44,054 nt of DNA from Circinaria calcarea (Eukaryota), in contig JAVECS010000019.1 in the NCBI GenBank assembly GCA_051942165.1, positions 1 through 44,054 of the forward strand, written 5' to 3'. Under the pieces are notes generated by a model. It did not search any database and was not told the DNA's origin. It saw only the letters and a program-made list of their open reading frames with translations. Position numbers and translations under genes: made by a program. Below are positions 43,190-44,054 of the stretch, piece by piece (the stretch's first letter is position 1; the number at the start of each line of letters is the position of its first letter).

Positions 43190-43814
43190 GGTAGAATTAG
43201 GAGAGCGGTGGGTTGCGTAAATAGAATTGGACATTGGGTTTGAAGGTTTCTCGCTATCGATGATTAAATTGTAATAAAGGAAAATTGGGAAAACAGCCTT
43301 TTAAACTCTGTTTTTTTTTAAGAAAAAAAACAACCTGCACTACCTATTCTTAGTAGTAGCGTAGGTTGCAGAATTTTTCCCTTGGGGTCGCACTTTGCGA
43401 ACCATATACGTTATAAAATATATCGATTATTGCGTACATATTGAATACCGCCTCAATGCATTGCTTAAGTCTCCCCCTACCATATATTCAATATTAATTC
43501 CTTTATTCTAGATTTCCTAGCAATCTCTATTTCAGCGTTCCTTATTTCCTCCAGCCCCCTTACTTCCTCCAACCTTCCTCCTATTCCCTTCCCTATTTCC
43601 TCTTTGTTATAGCGCCACGCCATACTAGACAACTTATGCCAATATAGGACTAATGCGCTCGCTTAGCACTAGTGGAGCAGGATGAGCAAAACCATGCCAA
43701 AAAAAATTCCCACATCATCAGCTTCCCTCTCTTCCTTTTAATCCAAAACCAAAAAGCACCCCTTCCCTTCGGAACCGGACGGGAAGCTCGTCTCCTTCTA
43801 ATCTGCGGCGGTCC

Positions 43815-43818
<4 letters not shown>

Positions 43819-43873
<55 letters not shown>

Positions 43874-43875
43874 TC
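43819..43875. repeat. (CTTT)14 microsatellite
   Basis: Perfect tetranucleotide run at 43819-43874 plus one C. Confidence 0.97.
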
Positions 43876-44054
43876 GCCGCCATACAGAGCCGTCATGGTT
43901 CTATTTTGGTCTTATCAAATGATACCAGCCCTACGCGCAGTCAACCCTTACATCACTGATGTACCTTACTGGTGGAGCGGGCTATATCAGCAACTTTCCT
44001 CTCCCTGCGCCTTTTTTCCCCCGAGGGTTTTCACGGGACGGGGAATGGGAGGGG

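Noticed and set aside
1..44054. tRNA, rRNA, CRISPR arrays, intact transposase/RT genes, or a secondary-metabolite cluster
   Set aside because: I found no cloverleaf with A/B boxes, rRNA signature, repeat-spacer array, DDE/RT/tyrosine-recombinase motif or PKS/NRPS backbone by inspection. A tRNAscan-SE/Rfam run would be needed to exclude small RNAs fully.

Overview
Eukaryotic genomic DNA from a filamentous ascomycete (Pezizomycotina), judged from short 48-65 nt GT-AG introns with CTRAC-type branch points and typical fungal gene content; the exact taxon cannot be fixed from the sequence. Most of the window is a gene-dense block of conserved housekeeping genes: LYRM2-like, threonine dehydratase ILV1, RCF1, NAT4, GAB1/PIG-U, MIC60, a WD40 + coiled-coil protein, mitochondrial IleRS ISM1, PHAF1/UPF0183, kinesin-5 BimC, an ACS-family MFS permease, a conserved disordered/coiled-coil protein and DNA polymerase kappa. 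Interspersed are intronless genes that look lineage-specific: an 840-aa orphan, a 341-aa acidic repeat orphan, an atypical Zn-finger SDR and an F-box-like orphan. AT-rich tracts that look RIP-mutated lie at both window ends and at about 13.3-13.9 kb and 31-34 kb. I found no rRNA, tRNA, CRISPR array or intact transposon. The most interesting signals are: (i) two orphans carrying short linear motifs that resemble translation-initiation-factor motifs (three SWADD-like eIF3g/eIF4B-type motifs plus a WDEL Atg8-binding-like motif in one; an IKIRDP eIF4G/PABP-type motif in the other); (ii) a WD40 protein with NEDD1-like architecture; (iii) a CpG-sparing AT-rich tract overlapping the promoter and 5' end of a frameshifted LYRM2 gene; (iv) an SDR lacking the catalytic Tyr. 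All functional ideas beyond the housekeeping genes are inferences that need homology searches.
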